This document shows positions 59,858 through 64,000 of a stretch of 64,000 bases of DNA, piece by piece; within the stretch, counting starts at the first letter, position 1, and each line of letters begins with the position of its first letter. The notes below the pieces were generated by a model, which was not told the origin of the DNA, made no database searches, and was given only the letters and a program-made list of their open reading frames with translations. Made by a program: the position numbers and the translations under genes. The stretch is from Hydrurus foetidus (taxonomy: Eukaryota): contig UYFQ01000001.1 in assembly GCA_900617105.1 (NCBI GenBank), positions 3,720,001 to 3,784,000 of the forward strand. Reading direction: 5' to 3'.

Positions 59858-59874
59858 GGCATTGATTAAAGCGT

Positions 59875-59908
59875 AAAAAACCCCGCAAGGTTTACACCGT
59901 GCGGGGTT
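59875..59908 (-). terminator. groESL terminator
   Basis: Minus strand AACCCCGCACGGT-GTAA-ACCTTGCGGGGTTTTTT. Confidence 0.85.
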
Positions 59909-59953
59909 CGTTTTGAGTACTCAGGCATCGCTGCCTGAAAGCTCAAGCGGTCA

Positions 59954-61615
<1,662 letters not shown>

Positions 61616-61665
61616 CTAAAAAGGGTTAAAAAGCTTGAAAAAGGCTAAAAATAGGTATTAAAAGT

Positions 61666-61713
61666 GCCTGCAGCCCAATAAATACGGGCGCGAGCAGCTA
61701 TTAAATAAATAGT
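61666..61713 (-). repeat. GCTAT-N7-ATAGC palindromic repeat between groES and groEL
   Basis: GCCTGCAGCCCAATAAATACGGGCGCGAGCAGCTATTAAATAAATAGT. Confidence 0.88.
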
Positions 61714-61730
61714 GACTTGAGGTGAAGAGA

Positions 61731-62021
61731 TTACTTCTCGACAACAGCAAACAAGTCTTCTTCTTTCATGACCAGCAACTCGTCGCCGTCAACTTTGACA
61801 GTCTGGCCGCTGTATTTGCCGAACAAAACGCGGTCGCCAACTTTGACGCCAACAGGCTGAACTTCGCCTTTGTCGTTCTTTTTGCCAGGGCCAACAGCCA
61901 GAATTTCGCCTTGATCAGGCTTTTCAGCAGCGCTGTCAGGAATGACGATGCCAGAGGCGGTTTTGGTTTCGTTTTCGACGCGTTTGACAATTACGCGGTC
62001 GTGCAAGGGGCGAAGTTTCAT
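61731..62021 (-). CDS. groS: Co-chaperonin GroES
   Basis: [34 protein letters not shown]. Confidence 0.98.
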   Translation of the reverse strand: MKLRPLHDRVIVKRVENETKTASGIVIPDSAAEKPDQGEILAVGPGKKNDKGEVQPVGVKVGDRVLFGKYSGQTVKVDGDELLVMKEEDLFAVVEK

Positions 62022-62112
62022 GGTTTCTCCAGTTGTAAAAAGGGTTGTATCAATCAAAAAGCGCCAGCAACAGGGTGCTGAACTTAACGATCTGTCGGGC
62101 TGGGGTGCAGTG

Positions 62113-62139
62113 TTAGCACTCAAACCCGTAGAGTGCTAA
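62113..62139. promoter_or_regulatory. CIRCE element (HrcA operator)
   Basis: Perfect TTAGCACTC-N9-GAGTGCTAA upstream of groES. Confidence 0.97.
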
Positions 62140-62140
62140 T

Positions 62141-62168
62141 AATAGGGGCAAACCATGTCAATTTCAAG
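62141..62168 (-). promoter_or_regulatory. Sigma32-type promoter of groESL
   Basis: Minus strand CTTGAAA-N13-CCCCTATT immediately upstream of CIRCE. Confidence 0.8.
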
Positions 62169-62282
62169 TCTGGGCACCGAAATCGGCCGCAATGATGCGG
62201 AATCATGGCTTTTCCGAATACCCAAGCCATCGCGGGTAGATTAAAAACAGAGCTTGCCTTTTTTACACCCACAGGATTTTGA

Positions 62283-63275
62283 ATGCACTTCGACCCTAGC
62301 CACAAGCTTTCTCGCCGCCAAGCGCTTACCGTCACCGCTAGCGCTGCCTTGCTGGCCGCCCCGTGGACGCGCGCGCAAAGCTTTCCAGAGCGCCAGCTCA
62401 GCATCGTCGTGCCCGCGCCACCGGGCGGCACGGCAGACATTTCAGCCCGCGCTATTTCTGACCCGCTGGCCAAAGCACTCGGGCAGCCTGTAGCGGTCGA
62501 CAACCGCGGCGGTGGCAATGGCGCAGTTGGCGCGCAGGCAGTGCTGGCAGCCCGGCCAGACGGGCACACGCTGCTGATGGCGTACTCGGGATTTCATTGC
62601 ATGAGCCCGCATTTGGTCAAGCTGCCGTATGACCCGCTAAAAGACTTGCAGGCCATTGCCAATGTGTACTCAGCCCCGCAAGTGATGGTGGTGCGGTCTA
62701 ACTTAGGCATTAAAACCGCGCAAGAATTGATTGCCTACGCCAAGAAGAACCCTGGCAAATTGAACTACGGCAGCTCGGGCAACGGCAGTGTGCAGCACAT
62801 CGCTACAGAGCTGTTCAAGCAACTCTCGGGCACTTTTATGACGCATATTCCGTACCGCGGATCTGGCCCCACGATTTCTGATTTGCTGGCCAGCCAAATT
62901 GACCTGACGGTAACGACCGCGCCCTCGCTGATGCCGCATATTCAAAGCGGCCGCTTCATACCGCTGGTGGTGGCCGGCCCGCGCCGCCTGGCCAGCTTGC
63001 CTAACGTGCCGACTGGCGCAGAAATTGGCTTGAAAGGCTATGAGGTGGATGCGTGGTTCGCGTTGTACACCCACGCGCAAGCGCCCAAAGCTGCGGTTGA
63101 CCGCGTTGCCAGCGAGGTGCAAAAAATCATGGCTGTGCCCGCCTTTAAAGAGCGCGCCAACAGCCTGGGCGCTGAAGCCAACTTTATGGGCCCGCGTGAC
63201 ATGATGGCCTACGCGCAGGCTGAATACGACAAGTGGGGCAAGGTCATCAAAACCGCCAATATCAAGGCGGATTGA
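62283..63275 (+). CDS. Bug-family tripartite tricarboxylate transporter substrate-binding protein
   Basis: Tat-like SRRQAL leader, VP.PPGG.AD..AR, NYGSSGNGS..H, HIPYRGSG. Confidence 0.93.
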   Translation: MHFDPSHKLSRRQALTVTASAALLAAPWTRAQSFPERQLSIVVPAPPGGTADISARAISDPLAKALGQPVAVDNRGGGNGAVGAQAVLAARPDGHTLLMAYSGFHCMSPHLVKLPYDPLKDLQAIANVYSAPQVMVVRSNLGIKTAQELIAYAKKNPGKLNYGSSGNGSVQHIATELFKQLSGTFMTHIPYRGSGPTISDLLASQIDLTVTTAPSLMPHIQSGRFIPLVVAGPRRLASLPNVPTGAEIGLKGYEVDAWFALYTHAQAPKAAVDRVASEVQKIMAVPAFKERANSLGAEANFMGPRDMMAYAQAEYDKWGKVIKTANIKAD

Positions 63276-63307
63276 TCAAAAAAGGCCTGAAACAGGAGTC
63301 TAAACAA

Positions 63308-63354
63308 GCTGTAGCCCAATTTATACGGGCGCGAGCAGCTATATAATAAATAGC
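63308..63354 (-). repeat. GCTAT-N7-ATAGC palindromic repeat, intergenic
   Basis: GCTGTAGCCCAATTTATACGGGCGCGAGCAGCTATATAATAAATAGC. Confidence 0.88.
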
Positions 63355-63452
63355 ATACTGCCGTGCCTGCAAATGCGCCCATCGCCTACACGCTGCCCTC
63401 AACGCCCAGTCAATAATTCGGTTTTGTTTTTATTGACCTCAGGAGAAAACCC

Positions 63453-63854
63453 ATGATGCAGTACGCTGGCCTTTACCTGGCCGTGTTTTTAACGATGTTT
63501 GTTATTGATGCCGTCTGGCTTGGCGTCATTGCCAAGTCGACTTATGCCAACGCGATGGGCGGCCTGCTAAGCCCCAACCCGAACTTGTGGGCTGCTGCTG
63601 CTTTTTATTTGCTGTTTCCGGTAGGGCTGGTGATATTTGCCGTGTTGCCGCAGGCCGACAGCCCGGTGTGGAAGGCAGCTTTGATGGGCGCGCTGTTCGG
63701 TTTTTTTGCTTATTCAACCTATGACTTGACCAACTTGGCCGTTGTTAAAGACTGGCCGCTGGGCTTGACGTTCATTGACATGGCGTGGGGCACGCTGGTC
63801 AGCGGCATTGCGGCAACGGCGGGCAAGCTGGCGCTGAATTATTTGAATAAGTAA
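63453..63854 (+). CDS. DUF2177-family membrane protein
   Basis: ID.VWLG, GALFG..AY.TYDLTNLA...DWP.....IDMAWG. Confidence 0.85.
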   Translation: MMQYAGLYLAVFLTMFVIDAVWLGVIAKSTYANAMGGLLSPNPNLWAAAAFYLLFPVGLVIFAVLPQADSPVWKAALMGALFGFFAYSTYDLTNLAVVKDWPLGLTFIDMAWGTLVSGIAATAGKLALNYLNK

Positions 63855-63881
63855 GGCGCTGCGGTTAGCAACAACCCACGC

Positions 63882-63916
63882 AAAAAATCCGGCAGCCCCC
63901 AAAGGTGCTGCCGGAT
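63882..63916 (-). terminator. Terminator hairpin for a transcript entering from the right edge
   Basis: AAAAAATCCGGCAGC..GCTGCCGGAT. Confidence 0.65.
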
Positions 63917-64000
63917 GATTGAATGTTGAGCCGCCTGCTGATCAAGTCCTCAAGTCCTCAAGCCCTCAGGCGCCCAAGTCTGCAGAGCCTTCACAACGCC

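Noticed and set aside
57081..59953. Possible CRISPR array or classical integron
   Set aside because: The repeats are 200-270 bp groEL tails separated by whole genes; no cas genes, intI or attC-like sites were seen

Overview
Betaproteobacterial chromosomal segment; gene order and repeat families suggest Comamonadaceae (Polaromonas/Rhodoferax-like), which is inference. Most of the window is core genome: hrcA, nadK-recN-rapZ, mutM-dynamin-mutY, lolB-ispE-tRNA-Gln-prs-rplY-pth, ffh, pilSR-ampD, nrdAB with tandem NrdR boxes, a histone H1-like gene, accBC-prmA, mpl, queC, ilvA-cobT-cobS-cobC, coq7, a porin, hexR-zwf/tal-pgi and groESL with CIRCE and a sigma32 promoter. Two features stand out. (1) At 56.1-59.95 kb, downstream of groEL, lies an array with no integrase in the window. 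It holds small toxin-antitoxin or defence-like cassettes (a HEPN-like/OST-HTH gene, a HI1419/HI1420-type addiction module, VapBC and a decayed PIN module) separated by displaced copies of the groEL 3' end with its 3' hairpin and terminator, and decay increases away from groEL. (2) A ~48-bp palindromic repeat occurs 10 times. Four copies lie inside coding sequences in three reading frames, and one encodes the apparent LolB lipobox. A Betaproteobacteria toxic-sRNA-like gene sits in the ilvA leader. All product calls come from motif recognition; no searches were run.
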